Part shown: piece after piece, positions 17,808 to 26,830 of the stretch
Numbering within the stretch: position 1 is the first letter of the stretch
Layout of the letters: the number at the start of each line of letters is the position of its first letter
Assembly (NCBI GenBank): GCA_963703755.1
Contig: CAVPGG010000115.1
Location: forward strand, 3,108-67,107
Length of the DNA: 64,000 bases
Reading direction: 5' to 3'
Source: an uncultured Pseudomonadota bacterium
GTDB taxonomy: Bacteria; Pseudomonadota; Alphaproteobacteria; Rhizobiales; Xanthobacteraceae
Position numbers and translations under genes: made by a program
The notes under the pieces: model-generated
What the model saw: only the letters and a program-made list of their open reading frames with translations
What the model was told of the DNA's origin: nothing
The model's database searches: none

Positions 17808-17932
17808 CTGCTCTCCCTCTCCCCGCAGGGGAGAGGGTCGGGGTGAGGGGCTCTCGGAGCTGGTTATGACTCCGAGCGACCCTCACCCGGCACGCTTCGC
17901 GCGCCACCCTCTCCCCTGCGGGGAGAGGGAAG
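17808..17932. repeat. structured GC-rich palindromic repeat, family 2, inside the emrA-emrB spacer
   Basis: The element is CCCTCTCCCCGCAGGGGAGAGGG, then TCGGGGTGAGGGGCTCTCGGAG..CTCCGAGCGACCCTCACCC, then CCACCCTCTCCCCTGCGGGGAGAGGG. It has the same three-hairpin layout as 11990-12115. Confidence 0.8.
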
Positions 17933-17937
17933 GAAAC

Positions 17938-19152
17938 TCAAAACCAGTGCGGCAGGCCGCGCGCGTGGCCGGTGTCGACGTCGGCGACGACGCTCATGCC
18001 GGCGCGCAGCGGCGGCAGATTCTTGTCGCTGGTGTCGACGCGGATGCGCATCGGCACGCGCTGCACGACCTTGACCCAGTTGCCGCTGGTGTTCTGCGCC
18101 GGCAGCAGGGCGAACTCCTGCGCGGCGGCCGGGCTCACGCTCTGCACCGTGCCGTGCCACTGCATGTTCGGATAGGTGTCGACCGTGATGGTGACGGGCT
18201 GGCCGGGGCGAACGTAAGTGAGCTCGGTCTCCTTCGGATTGGCCGCGACCCACACGCGGTCGGTGTCGACCAGGTAGAACGCGGTGGTCGAGGCCGGCAG
18301 GTACTTGCCGGGCGCGATCGACGGCACGTTGGTGACGATGCCGGCGAACGGCGCCTTGACGGTCGCGTGGTCGAGCTGGCGCTGCGCTTCGTCGACCTGC
18401 GCCTTCGCCTGCCGGGATTGCGGATGCTGCTCGGTCGGGATGTCCGGATTGCCGCCGAGCCGGGCGAGCTGCACCCTGGCCTGCTGCTCGAGCGAGGCGA
18501 GCTTCGCCTTGTCGGTCTGCAGCGTGAAGCTCGCCTGGTCGAAGCTCGCTTTCGCCACCGCGGCGCTCTTGAGCAGCGCCACGTCGCGGTCATAGGTCGT
18601 CTGGTCCAGCGCGACCTGGGCCTCCTGCGCCTTGGTGTCCTGCAGCATGCGCTGGTAGTCGGCCTTCATGGCGTCGATCGCGAGCGCGGTCTGCGCGAGG
18701 CTCGCCCTGGCATTGTCGAGCGCGATCTCGAACTGGCGCGGATCGAGCCGGTAGAGCACCTGGCCGGCCGTCACATGCGCGTTGTCGGTGACCTCGACCG
18801 ACTGCACCGTGCCGGACACGTCGGTCGAGATGCCGACCTTCTCGCTGTCCACATAGGCGTCGTCCATCGAAATGATACGGCCGCCGGTGACGTACCAGGC
18901 GGCGCCGGCGACGAGCGCGAGCGGCAGCAGCGCGAACAGCGCCGGCCGCAGCCAGCGCCGGCGCGACCCAGCCGGCCGCGGCGCGGCCTTGGTCTCGGCG
19001 CGTTCGTCCGCCGGGCTCGTCGGCGGCGCATCATGGGTGCGGCGCGCGGCCGGCTCGCCCGGGCGCTCGGCCGCGGGAAGCGGCGCTGCGTCCGGCAGGG
19101 GCCGTGTTGCGCCGGACGTCGCCGCCCGCTGAAGTTGGGTCACGTTAGGCAT
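17938..19152 (-). CDS. emrA: HlyD-family efflux periplasmic adaptor (EmrA type)
   Basis: ORF 17938..19158. I prefer ATG 19152 (MPNVTQLQ..), which overlaps the marR stop by 8 nt. The protein has a TM anchor (WLRPALFALLPLALVAGAAWYV), a coiled-coil region and a barrel-sandwich region (..VKAPFAGIVTNV..). Confidence 0.88.
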   Translation of the reverse strand: MPNVTQLQRAATSGATRPLPDAAPLPAAERPGEPAARRTHDAPPTSPADERAETKAAPRPAGSRRRWLRPALFALLPLALVAGAAWYVTGGRIISMDDAYVDSEKVGISTDVSGTVQSVEVTDNAHVTAGQVLYRLDPRQFEIALDNARASLAQTALAIDAMKADYQRMLQDTKAQEAQVALDQTTYDRDVALLKSAAVAKASFDQASFTLQTDKAKLASLEQQARVQLARLGGNPDIPTEQHPQSRQAKAQVDEAQRQLDHATVKAPFAGIVTNVPSIAPGKYLPASTTAFYLVDTDRVWVAANPKETELTYVRPGQPVTITVDTYPNMQWHGTVQSVSPAAAQEFALLPAQNTSGNWVKVVQRVPMRIRVDTSDKNLPPLRAGMSVVADVDTGHARGLPHWF

Positions 19153-19621
19153 CGACAAGCTCCTTCGCGGCCGCGGCGCTCTGCCGCTGCCGGCTCACGT
19201 TGTCCTTCATTCGGTCGAGGGCGCTCGCCATCGCGTCGAGCGCCGCGGGATCGAGCCCGTCGGTCATCAGCCCGTAGAGGCGGGCGCGGAATTCGTGAAT
19301 ATCCTGCAGCACCGGCGCGGCCGCGGGCGTGAGCCGCAGGCGCCAGATGCGCCGGTCGTCCGGATCGGGGCAGCGCTCGACCAGCCCCTGCGTCTCCAGC
19401 CGGTCGACCAGACGCGCCACCGTGATCGGGCTCGCCTCGATCAGCGCCGACAGCTCGCTCTGCGACAGGTTCGACTGGCGCTCCAGGCGCGAGAGGATCA
19501 CCCATTGCGCGCGCGTCATGCCGCGCTTGTGCGCCACCTGGTCCGAATAGGTCCGCATGTGGCGAGCCACGTCGTAGAGGACGAGGAGCAGGTCGCTTTC
19601 CGGTTTGGGGGTCCCGGTCAT
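19145..19621 (-). CDS. MarR-family transcriptional regulator (EmrR-like)
   Basis: This lies within ORF 19145..19861, with the start at ATG 19621 (MTGTPKPESDLLLVLYDVARHMRTY..). The MarR wHTH is MTRAQWVILSRLERQSNLSQSELSALIEASPITVARLVDRLE. It is the first gene of the marR-emrA-emrB operon. Confidence 0.88.
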   Translation of the reverse strand: MTGTPKPESDLLLVLYDVARHMRTYSDQVAHKRGMTRAQWVILSRLERQSNLSQSELSALIEASPITVARLVDRLETQGLVERCPDPDDRRIWRLRLTPAAAPVLQDIHEFRARLYGLMTDGLDPAALDAMASALDRMKDNVSRQRQSAAAAKELVDA

Positions 19622-19676
19622 CGAGGCATTCCGTGCTGCCGGAACTGGCAGCTCTGATTGATACGTGACCATAACA

Positions 19677-19688
19677 TAAGCTAGCTTA
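19677..19688. promoter_or_regulatory. perfect 12-bp palindrome TAAGCTAGCTTA, candidate MarR operator
   Basis: The palindrome sits in the only AT-rich patch (ATAACATAAGCTAGCTTACTATATG), about 55-65 bp upstream of the marR ATG. Confidence 0.4.
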
Positions 19689-19745
19689 CTATATGCGCAA
19701 GGACCGAGCCTCGGTTCCCTCTCAGACCTTCGTCGGGGGCAAAAC

Positions 19746-19792
19746 GGCAGAACGAAGCCGATCGGCAAAAATGCAATGATTTCAACATCGGC
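19746..19792. repeat. 47-bp hairpin unit, copy 1 (conserved core CAATGATTTCA)
   Basis: The sequence is GGCAGAACGAAGCCGATCGGCAAAAATGCAATGATTTCAACATCGGC. GCCGAT pairs with ATCGGC around the core. It is homologous to 19959-20005. Confidence 0.6.
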
Positions 19793-19958
19793 ACTGGGGC
19801 CGGCTGCACGCCAGCCCACTTTGGCAGAAGGTCCTAACTGGGATAACAGCAGCAATTTCAATGCGCCGGACTTTTCGCCCCGGCGGGGCTGCTCCCCCTT
19901 CCCCCCGCGAGCGCAGCGAGTGGCGGGGAGGGGTTGGAGGGCGCCTATGGTGAGAGTT

Positions 19959-20005
19959 GGCAGAACAAAGCCAACGCGAAAAACCCAATGATTTCAGTTT
20001 CGCGC
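19959..20005. repeat. 47-bp hairpin unit, copy 2 (conserved core CAATGATTTCA)
   Basis: The sequence is GGCAGAACAAAGCCAACGCGAAAAACCCAATGATTTCAGTTTCGCGC. CGCGAAA pairs with TTTCGCG around the core. It ends 2 nt from the DUF1345 stop codon. Confidence 0.6.
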
Positions 20006-20007
20006 CC

Positions 20008-20709
20008 TCAGCCCGCGAGCGCGCTCGCCGCGATGTTGACCATCAGCGCCAGCAGGGTCGCGTTGAAAAAGAACGACACCACCCCGTGCGCCGCCACGAT
20101 GCGGCGCAGCCCCTTGGAGGTGACGGCCACGTCCGAGACCTGCAACGTCATGCCGATCACCAGCGAGAAATAGAGGAAGTCCCAGTAGTCGGGCTCCTCC
20201 TTGCCGGGGAACGCGAGGCCGCCGTCGGTGTGGCGGCGCTCGGCGTAGAACTCGTGCGCGTAATGCAGCGCGAAGATCGTGTGCGTGAGCGCCCACGACA
20301 GCGCGATGGTCACGACCGCGAGGGCGAGGTGGCGCGGGTTGTGCGCGTTCTCCTTGTCGACCAGCTCGACCACGATCGCGCCGAGGCTCGCGATCGCGGC
20401 AAATGCCGTGAGGATCAGGATGGCGAAGCGGCCGTCGTCCATCACCACGGCGCGGCGGCGGATGGTCGCCGCCTCGGCGCCGGTCATCACCCAATAGATG
20501 ACCGTGAGGTAGGCGGCCGCGCCCACGTCCCAGCCGGTCAGCAGCCGCGTCGCCCAGCGCCAGTCGCCCGGCAGCAGGGCGACGACGGCGAGCCCCAGCA
20601 CGATGCAGATGAACAGGCGCGGCCGCGCGCGTATGACGCGCAATAGCCGCGGCAGCTTGCGCCGCCCGCGACCCGACGGCCCGGTGCCGGACGGCGCGCC
20701 CGCGCTCAT
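20008..20709 (-). CDS. DUF1345 domain-containing membrane protein
   Basis: This is the tail of ORF 20008..21357, read from ATG 20709 (MSAGAPSG..). It has multiple TM helices and the sequence ..HYAHEFYAERRHTDGGLAFPGKEEPDYWDFLYFSLVIGMT.., which is typical of DUF1345. Confidence 0.8.
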   Translation of the reverse strand: MSAGAPSGTGPSGRGRRKLPRLLRVIRARPRLFICIVLGLAVVALLPGDWRWATRLLTGWDVGAAAYLTVIYWVMTGAEAATIRRRAVVMDDGRFAILILTAFAAIASLGAIVVELVDKENAHNPRHLALAVVTIALSWALTHTIFALHYAHEFYAERRHTDGGLAFPGKEEPDYWDFLYFSLVIGMTLQVSDVAVTSKGLRRIVAAHGVVSFFFNATLLALMVNIAASALAG

Positions 20710-21224
20710 TGCTCGCGCCGCCAAGTCTCGCGCCGCCACGTGACGATCACGCGCACGACCTTGCCGGCGAGGTTGGGATGCGGCATCGGCGGGCTCTCGA
20801 TGTGCAGCAGGTCGCCCTCGAAGCGGATGAAGCGGATCTGCTCGCCGCCGACCCAGGCCTCGTTCCACGCGATCTCGACCTTGGTGATGACCTTGCCGCC
20901 CTCGACCCGATAGCGGCCCGCATAGGAGATCATGGTGCGCAGCGCCTGCGCGCGGTCCGCGTCGGTCTGCGGCACCTTGCGGCCCTCGGCGGTGACGAGC
21001 GCGAGCCAATGCCCGTCCGGCGTCGCGATCTGGTAGCCCTTGGGATGCTCGCCATAGACGGGGGTGCGCTCTTTCGTCTGCTGGTCCTCGTAGACGACCG
21101 AGACGAGCTTCCAGGTGCCGACAATGTTCTGCCGGTCGCTCGCGTCGTCGGCGCGCGCCGCCGCGCCCGCCAGCACGAGCGTAAGACATACGAGTGCGAG
21201 ACATGGGCCGATGATTGTCCTCAT
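20706..21224 (-). CDS. lipocalin-like domain-containing secreted protein
   Basis: This is the tail of ORF 20706..21443, read from ATG 21224 (MRTIIGPCLALVCLTLVLAGAAARA). It contains ..IVGTWKLVSVVYEDQQTKERTPVYGEHPKGYQI... Its stop overlaps the DUF1345 start (ATGA). Confidence 0.7.
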   Translation of the reverse strand: MRTIIGPCLALVCLTLVLAGAAARADDASDRQNIVGTWKLVSVVYEDQQTKERTPVYGEHPKGYQIATPDGHWLALVTAEGRKVPQTDADRAQALRTMISYAGRYRVEGGKVITKVEIAWNEAWVGGEQIRFIRFEGDLLHIESPPMPHPNLAGKVVRVIVTWRRETWRREQ

Positions 21225-21331
21225 GCTGCGTTTCCCCCTGTTCCTTGGCGGCGTCGCGCGCCGCCCTATGATGGTCGCTTGCGGCGACCGCGGGCAAGCC
21301 CGCGCCGGCGCGCCGATGGAGAGCTGATCCT

Positions 21332-22060
21332 TTGGCCGGGTCCTTTCGCTCGCGCAAGCGGTCCGCGTCGCGGCGCCGGCAGATCGTCCGCGCCGGGCTG
21401 CTCGCGGTCGTGATCGTGCTCGCGATTCCGTACGTAATCGCACCGTTCTATCGATTCATCGACCCGGTCTCGACCCTGATGCTGTGGCGGTGGGCGACCG
21501 GCGCGCGGGTCGAGCGCCGCTGGGTGCCGCTCGAGCGGGTCGCGCCGGCCCTGCGCCTCGTCGTGCTCGCCGCCGAGGACGACTGCTTCTGCCGCCACCA
21601 CGGCGTCGATTTCGCCGAGCTCGCCCACCTGATCCGCGGCATCGATGACGCGGGCGATCTCGCGGCCGTGCGCGGCGGCTCGACCATCACGCAGCAGACG
21701 GCGAAGAACCTGTTTCTCTGGCAGGGCCGCAGCTTCGTGCGCAAGGCGTTGGAGTTTCCGCTCGCCTTCTGGCTCGATCTTGTGCTGCCGAAGCGGCGCG
21801 TGCTCGAGATCTACCTCAACATTGCCGAATGGGGCCCGAACGGCGAGTTTGGCATCGAGGCGGCGGCGCGGCGCGCCTTCAACAAGAGCGCGCATGACCT
21901 CAACGCGCGGCAGGCGGCGCTGCTCGCCGCCGTGCTGCCCAACCCGCGCCGGCGCGATCCGCGCGCGCCCAAGCCCGGCCTGAGGCGGCTCGCCGGCCTC
22001 TACCAGGGCCGCGCGTTCCGCGCGTCCGAGATCGATGCCTGCGTGCGCGGCCGACCCTAG
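21332..22060 (+). CDS. mtgA: monofunctional biosynthetic peptidoglycan transglycosylase
   Basis: ORF 21332..22060 has a TTG start. It contains the GT51 motifs ..[14 protein letters not shown].., ..[15 protein letters not shown].. and ..[14 protein letters not shown]... Confidence 0.9.
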   Translation: MAGSFRSRKRSASRRRQIVRAGLLAVVIVLAIPYVIAPFYRFIDPVSTLMLWRWATGARVERRWVPLERVAPALRLVVLAAEDDCFCRHHGVDFAELAHLIRGIDDAGDLAAVRGGSTITQQTAKNLFLWQGRSFVRKALEFPLAFWLDLVLPKRRVLEIYLNIAEWGPNGEFGIEAAARRAFNKSAHDLNARQAALLAAVLPNPRRRDPRAPKPGLRRLAGLYQGRAFRASEIDACVRGRP

Positions 22061-22154
22061 CATCGGCCGAGCGCTTCCTCTATAAGCGCCGTCCAGAACC
22101 TCACCGCCATTGCGGGCGTCCGGCGCCCCGAAATAGTTCAAGGAGAACAACGTC

Positions 22155-22340
22155 ATGGCCGTGCCACGAAAAAAGACGACGCCGTCGCGGCGCGGCATGC
22201 GGCGCTCCGCCGACGCCCTCAAGGCCCCGACCTACGTGGAAGACAAGGATTCGGGCGAGCTGCGCCGTCCGCATCACATCGACCTCAAGACCGGCATGTA
22301 TCGCGGCCGCCAGGTGCTCAAGCCCAAGACAGAAGTCTGA
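22155..22340 (+). CDS. rpmF: 50S ribosomal protein L32
   Basis: ORF 22155..22340 starts [31 protein letters not shown] lies upstream of the start. Confidence 0.93.
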   Translation: MAVPRKKTTPSRRGMRRSADALKAPTYVEDKDSGELRRPHHIDLKTGMYRGRQVLKPKTEV

Positions 22341-22513
22341 GGTCGCGGATCGGGCGCTGCGGCGTCACGCGCCCGACAGCTTGCCGGGATATGCGGATGC
22401 GCCGCGGTGCTTTCGCGGCGAATGAGGTTTCGGCCGGCGCGAAAGCCCTCTAAAATTGAAACTGCGTGTGGGAGGCGGCCGCCGGCGTGCGGGCCGCTGC
22501 GGCTGGCAGGGAG

Positions 22514-22936
22514 ATGGCCATGTTTCTGATCGGAATTCCGCTGCTGATCATTCCTTTCGCGATCTACAACATCGTTGCGTTCCTGCTGCCCGGCATCGGC
22601 TGGACGCAGGACATGGCGCGCATCCACATGATCTCCGGCGCCGACTGGACATTCACGCCCAGCGATCTGCTGGTCGGCATCTCGGTCATCATCCTGTTCT
22701 TCGAGATGCTCAAGTCGACCCGGCTCACCACCCGCACCATCATCGACCACATGCTCTCGATGGTGCTGTTCATCGGCATGATCGTCGAGTTCCTGCTGGT
22801 GCAGCGCGCCGCCACCGGCACCTTCTTCCTGCTGCTCGTCATCAGTTTCGTCGACGTGGTCGGCGGCTTCACGATCGCGATCCGCACCGCCCAGCGCGAG
22901 GTCACGGTCGAGGGCGTCGAGAAGGTGAGCGCCTGA
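22514..22936 (+). CDS. conserved hypothetical membrane protein (4 predicted TM segments)
   Basis: This lies within ORF 22466..22936. It starts MAMFLIGIPLLIIPFAIYNIVAFLLPG (ATG 22514 or 22520). The sequence is hydrophobic and third codon positions are GC-rich. Confidence 0.65.
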   Translation: MAMFLIGIPLLIIPFAIYNIVAFLLPGIGWTQDMARIHMISGADWTFTPSDLLVGISVIILFFEMLKSTRLTTRTIIDHMLSMVLFIGMIVEFLLVQRAATGTFFLLLVISFVDVVGGFTIAIRTAQREVTVEGVEKVSA

Positions 22937-22977
22937 ATGGCGCGCGACGCGCAAGCTCAACGCTCAAGCCCGACGCA

Positions 22978-24561
22978 ATGACGCGCGACTTTCACCTGCC
23001 AAGCCGTTCGCTGGTCTATGCGGCGGACGGCATGGTGGCGACCTCGCATCCGCTCGCGAGCGTCGCCGCATTGGAGACGCTGCGCGCCGGCGGCAGCGCG
23101 GCCGACGCGGCGGTAACGGCGGTCGCGACGCTGGGCGTGCTCGAGCCGCAGATGACCGGCATCGGCGGCGATTGCTTCTGCCTCGTCGCCAGGGCGGGTG
23201 CGCCGGTCTGGGGCTACAATGGCTCCGGGCGCTCGGGCGCTGCGGCGCGCGCCGAGCCGCTGATCGCGCAGGGCGTCAACGCGATCGGCCCCGACTCGGT
23301 GCATGCCGTGACGGTGCCGGGGGCGATCGAGGCCTGGGACGTGATCCTGCGCCAGCATGGCCGCTTCGGGCTCGACCGCGCGCTCGCGCCCGCGATCCAC
23401 TACGCCGAGGAGGGCGCGCCGGTCTCCCCGCGCGTCGCCTTCGACTGGGACGGCGCGGTCGAGCGCCTCAAGCGCGATCCGGGCGCGGCGCGGCACTTCT
23501 TGCGCGACGGGCGCGCGCCGGTCGCCGGCGACCGCATGAAGAACCCGGCGCTCGCCGGCGTGCTGCGCGCGATCGCATCGGGCGGTCCGAAGGCGTTCTA
23601 CGAGGGCGCGCCGGCTGAGGACATCGTCGCGACGCTCAAGCCGCGCGGCTCGTTCCTCGCGCCCGTGGACTTCGCGCGCCACCGCGGCGAGGTGGCCGAG
23701 CCGATCGCGTCGAACTATCGCGGCCTCGACGTGGTGGAGCTGCCGCCGAACGGGCAGGGACTTGCGGCGCTGGTGCTGCTCAACATTCTCGAGCGCTTCG
23801 ATCTTTCGGCGCTCGATCCGAATGGCGCCGAGCGGCTGCACATCGAGCTCGAGGCCGCGCGGCTCGCCTATGCGGTGCGCGATACCCACATCGCCGACCC
23901 GGCCTTCATGCGCACGCCGGTGCCGGCCCTCCTCGACAAGGCGTTCGCGCGCGGGCTCGCCGACCGCATCGACCGCCAGAAGCGGGTGGCGCTGCCGCCC
24001 GCGCCGGCGCCCGGCAGCCACACGGTGTACGTCACCGTCGTCGACCGCGACCGCACCGCCGTGAGCATGATTAACTCGCTGTTCGGCACCTTCGGCGTCG
24101 GCATCGCGACCGAGAAGACCGGCATCATGCTGCACAACCGCGGCCACGGCTTCGTGGTCGACCCAGCGCATCCCAACTCGTTCGGTCCCTCGAAGCGCCC
24201 GATGCACACCATCATCCCGGCGCTCGGCCTGCGCGACGGCCGCTGCGACTATTCCTTCGGCGTGATGGGCGGCCACTACCAGGCGGTCGGCCACGCGCAT
24301 TTCGTCACGAACCTCGTCGACTACCGCATGGACGTGCAGGCGGCGCTGGAAAGCCCGCGCGTCTTCTTCCTCGGCGACAGGACCGAGGTCGAGCGCGGCG
24401 TGCCGCCCGCCGCCGTCGACGGCCTCAGGGCGCGCGGCCACGACGTGGTCATCCGTCCCTCGCCGCTCGGCGGCGGCCAGGCCATCCGCATCGACTGGGA
24501 GGGCGGCGTCCTGATCGGCGCCTCCGATCACCGCAAGGACGGCTGCGCGCTGGGGTATTGA
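22978..24561 (+). CDS. ggt: gamma-glutamyltransferase family protein
   Basis: This is the tail of ORF 22456..24561, read from ATG 22978 (MTRDFHLPSRSLVYAADGMVATSHPLAS). It contains the autoprocessing region ..APAPGSHTVYVTVVDRD.. and ..SDHRKDGCALGY. Confidence 0.88.
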   Translation: MTRDFHLPSRSLVYAADGMVATSHPLASVAALETLRAGGSAADAAVTAVATLGVLEPQMTGIGGDCFCLVARAGAPVWGYNGSGRSGAAARAEPLIAQGVNAIGPDSVHAVTVPGAIEAWDVILRQHGRFGLDRALAPAIHYAEEGAPVSPRVAFDWDGAVERLKRDPGAARHFLRDGRAPVAGDRMKNPALAGVLRAIASGGPKAFYEGAPAEDIVATLKPRGSFLAPVDFARHRGEVAEPIASNYRGLDVVELPPNGQGLAALVLLNILERFDLSALDPNGAERLHIELEAARLAYAVRDTHIADPAFMRTPVPALLDKAFARGLADRIDRQKRVALPPAPAPGSHTVYVTVVDRDRTAVSMINSLFGTFGVGIATEKTGIMLHNRGHGFVVDPAHPNSFGPSKRPMHTIIPALGLRDGRCDYSFGVMGGHYQAVGHAHFVTNLVDYRMDVQAALESPRVFFLGDRTEVERGVPPAAVDGLRARGHDVVIRPSPLGGGQAIRIDWEGGVLIGASDHRKDGCALGY

Positions 24562-24885
24562 TCAGATGCTGCGGTAAAGGCTCTGGCCGCCCGGCGCGGC
24601 CGGTCCGGCATCCGCGGCCGCGTAGGCCGCGATCGCATCCTGCGGCTCGGCGCGGCGGCGCTCGCGGGTCTGCGGGAGCTTCTGCTGCGTCGCGATCAGA
24701 TGGGCGAGGTAGCTCGCCTGGGCGCGCGTGTGCACGGGCGTGGCGCTCGGCGCGGCGGGCTGCAGCGGGACCAGCGCACGGCTGCTCGCGACCTTGGGCT
24801 CGTGCGCCGACGTTTGCGTCTGCCCGCGCGGCGCGGTGCCGGCGCCGACGACCGCAGAACCTGGAATGGCGCTGACCGAGGTCAT
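24562..24885 (-). CDS. hypothetical small protein
   Basis: These are the last 107 codons of ORF 24562..25359, read from ATG 24885 (MTSVSAIPGS..ASYLAHLIATQQKLPQTRERRRAEPQDAIAAY..). Third codon positions are GC-rich. Its stop abuts the ggt stop with no spacer. I recognise no domain. Confidence 0.4.
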   Translation of the reverse strand: MTSVSAIPGSAVVGAGTAPRGQTQTSAHEPKVASSRALVPLQPAAPSATPVHTRAQASYLAHLIATQQKLPQTRERRRAEPQDAIAAYAAADAGPAAPGGQSLYRSI

Positions 24886-25099
24886 TGCGATGTCCTGTCT
24901 CGATCCGGCACAGCGCCGGGGTCTCGACTCGGATGGTCGCAAGGAGCATGCCGATTGTAGCGATCGGCGCAAGACGCCTTTAACCACGAGTTTGTGTCGA
25001 CATTTTCCTGATTTTTTAGCTTTGCCCGATAGATTGCCGCCCTTCCGCTCCTCCACTCCATTGCGCGTGCCCGCGCGCGCTCTCGCCCGAGGACTATCC

Positions 25100-26815
25100 G
25101 TGACCCGAAACGAGACGCCCCCCGACACGGCTCGCGAACCGTTCGCTCGCTCGACCGAGGTGTTCGCGGCGGTCGGCGAGGCGCCGTACGAGTGGGTGAT
25201 AGACAGCGACGCGCTCGCATGGGGCGCCAACGCGGCCGAGGTGCTCAAGATCGCCGACCTGCAGCTGATGGCGAGCGGGCGCGCCTTCGCCAAGCTGCTC
25301 GATCCCGACAACGTGCATACGCGCTTCGAGGCGGTCACGCGCGGCAGCGCGCGCGACACCGGCGCGGGCGTTCCCTATCAGGTCCAGTACGGCATGCGGC
25401 CGAAGCCCGGCACCGACGCGAAGCTGTGGATCGAGGATGTCGGCCGCTGGTTCGCCGGCCCGGACGGCAAGCCTGCGCGTGCGCTCGGCGTCGTGCGCGT
25501 CATCAACGAGCGGCGTGCCCAGGAAGAGCGGCTCGCCTATCTGTCGCGCTTCGATGGGCTGACCGGCGAGCTCAACCGCTGGCATCTCACCGACGTGCTC
25601 TCGGCGAGCATCGAGGACGCGATTCGCCACCGCGCCTCCTGCGCATTCCTCATCGTTGCGATCGACAATCTCGCTCGCGTCAATGAGGCCTACGGCTTCA
25701 ACGTCGCCGACGAGGTGATCTCGGCCGTGGCGAAGCGCTTGCGCGCCAAGATGCGCGGCGGCAACTCGGTCGGGCGCTATTCGGGCAACAAGTTCGGCGT
25801 GGTGCTCACCAAGTGCACGCCCGACGACATCGCGACCGCGGCCGAGCGCCTGCTCGCCGGCGTGCGCGACGACGTGGTGCAGACGCAGGCCGGCCCGGTC
25901 GCCGTGACGGTGACGATCGGCGGCGTCAATGCGCCGCGCCATGCGCGCACCGTCATCGAGGCGCTGGCGCGCGCCCAGGAGGCGCTCGACGCCGCCAAGG
26001 CCAAGCGCCGCGGCTCGTTCCACGCCTATCGGCCGAACGTCGAGCGCGACGCGCTGCGCCGGCAGAACGTGCGCTCGAGCGAGGAGATCGTGCGCGCCCT
26101 CGACGAGCGCCGCATCGCGGTCGCGTTCGAGCCGGTGGTGACCACCGCGTCGCGCGAGCCCGCCTTCTACGAATGCCTTATGCGCATCCGTCGCGCCGAC
26201 GGTAGCGTGATCGCGGCCGGCGAGATCATTCCGCTGGCCGAGCAACTCGGCCTCGTGCGCCTGATCGATCACCGCATGCTGGGCTTGGTCATCGACGAGC
26301 TGGTCGCTGCGCCCGCGCTGCACGCGAGCCTCAACGTGTCAGCCGCCTCGACCGTCGATCCCGACTGGTGGACGGCGCTCACGGCCGCCCTGCGCGCGCA
26401 TGCGGGCGTCGCCGCGCGCCTCACGCTCGAGATCACCGAGTCGGCCGCGATCCAGGATCTCGACGACACCCGCGGCTTCGTCGCCCGCGTGAGGGATCTC
26501 GGCTGCCGCATCGCGATCGACGACTTCGGCGCCGGCTACACGTCGTTCCGCAACCTGCGCAAGCTCGGCGTCGACCTCATCAAGATCGACGGCGCCTTCG
26601 TGCAGAATCTCACCCGCTCGGAAGACGACCGCGCCTTCGTGCGCACGCTGATCGATCTTGCGGGCCGCCTCGGCCTCGAGACCGTCGCCGAATGGGTGCA
26701 GGACGAGGAAGCGGCCGCGATTCTGCGCGAATGGGGCTGCGACTACCTGCAGGGCCAGCTGATCGGGCTTGCGACGCTCGCGCGGCCCTGGGCGCCGCAG
26801 AGCAGCGCGGCGTAG
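25100..26815 (+). CDS. PAS-like / GGDEF / EAL domain protein with degenerate catalytic motifs
   Basis: This lies within ORF 24728..26815. I prefer GTG 25100 (AGGA upstream, and an AT-richer promoter-like stretch before it). SGNKF replaces GGDEF (GRYSGNKFGV). In the EAL domain, ECL replaces EAL and AEWVQ replaces AEGVE. The motifs LEITES, DDFGAGY, KIDG and QGQ are kept. Confidence 0.85.
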   Translation: MTRNETPPDTAREPFARSTEVFAAVGEAPYEWVIDSDALAWGANAAEVLKIADLQLMASGRAFAKLLDPDNVHTRFEAVTRGSARDTGAGVPYQVQYGMRPKPGTDAKLWIEDVGRWFAGPDGKPARALGVVRVINERRAQEERLAYLSRFDGLTGELNRWHLTDVLSASIEDAIRHRASCAFLIVAIDNLARVNEAYGFNVADEVISAVAKRLRAKMRGGNSVGRYSGNKFGVVLTKCTPDDIATAAERLLAGVRDDVVQTQAGPVAVTVTIGGVNAPRHARTVIEALARAQEALDAAKAKRRGSFHAYRPNVERDALRRQNVRSSEEIVRALDERRIAVAFEPVVTTASREPAFYECLMRIRRADGSVIAAGEIIPLAEQLGLVRLIDHRMLGLVIDELVAAPALHASLNVSAASTVDPDWWTALTAALRAHAGVAARLTLEITESAAIQDLDDTRGFVARVRDLGCRIAIDDFGAGYTSFRNLRKLGVDLIKIDGAFVQNLTRSEDDRAFVRTLIDLAGRLGLETVAEWVQDEEAAAILREWGCDYLQGQLIGLATLARPWAPQSSAA

Positions 26816-26830
26816 CGAGTTCTTCTGGTC

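Noticed and set aside
24728-25099. The 124-codon N-terminal extension of the GGDEF-EAL ORF listed in the track (start 24728).
   Set aside because: The extension overlaps the oppositely oriented small ORF and then crosses an AT-richer, promoter-like stretch. It has no domain and poor coding character. A GTG at 25100 with an upstream AGGA gives a sensible N-terminus.
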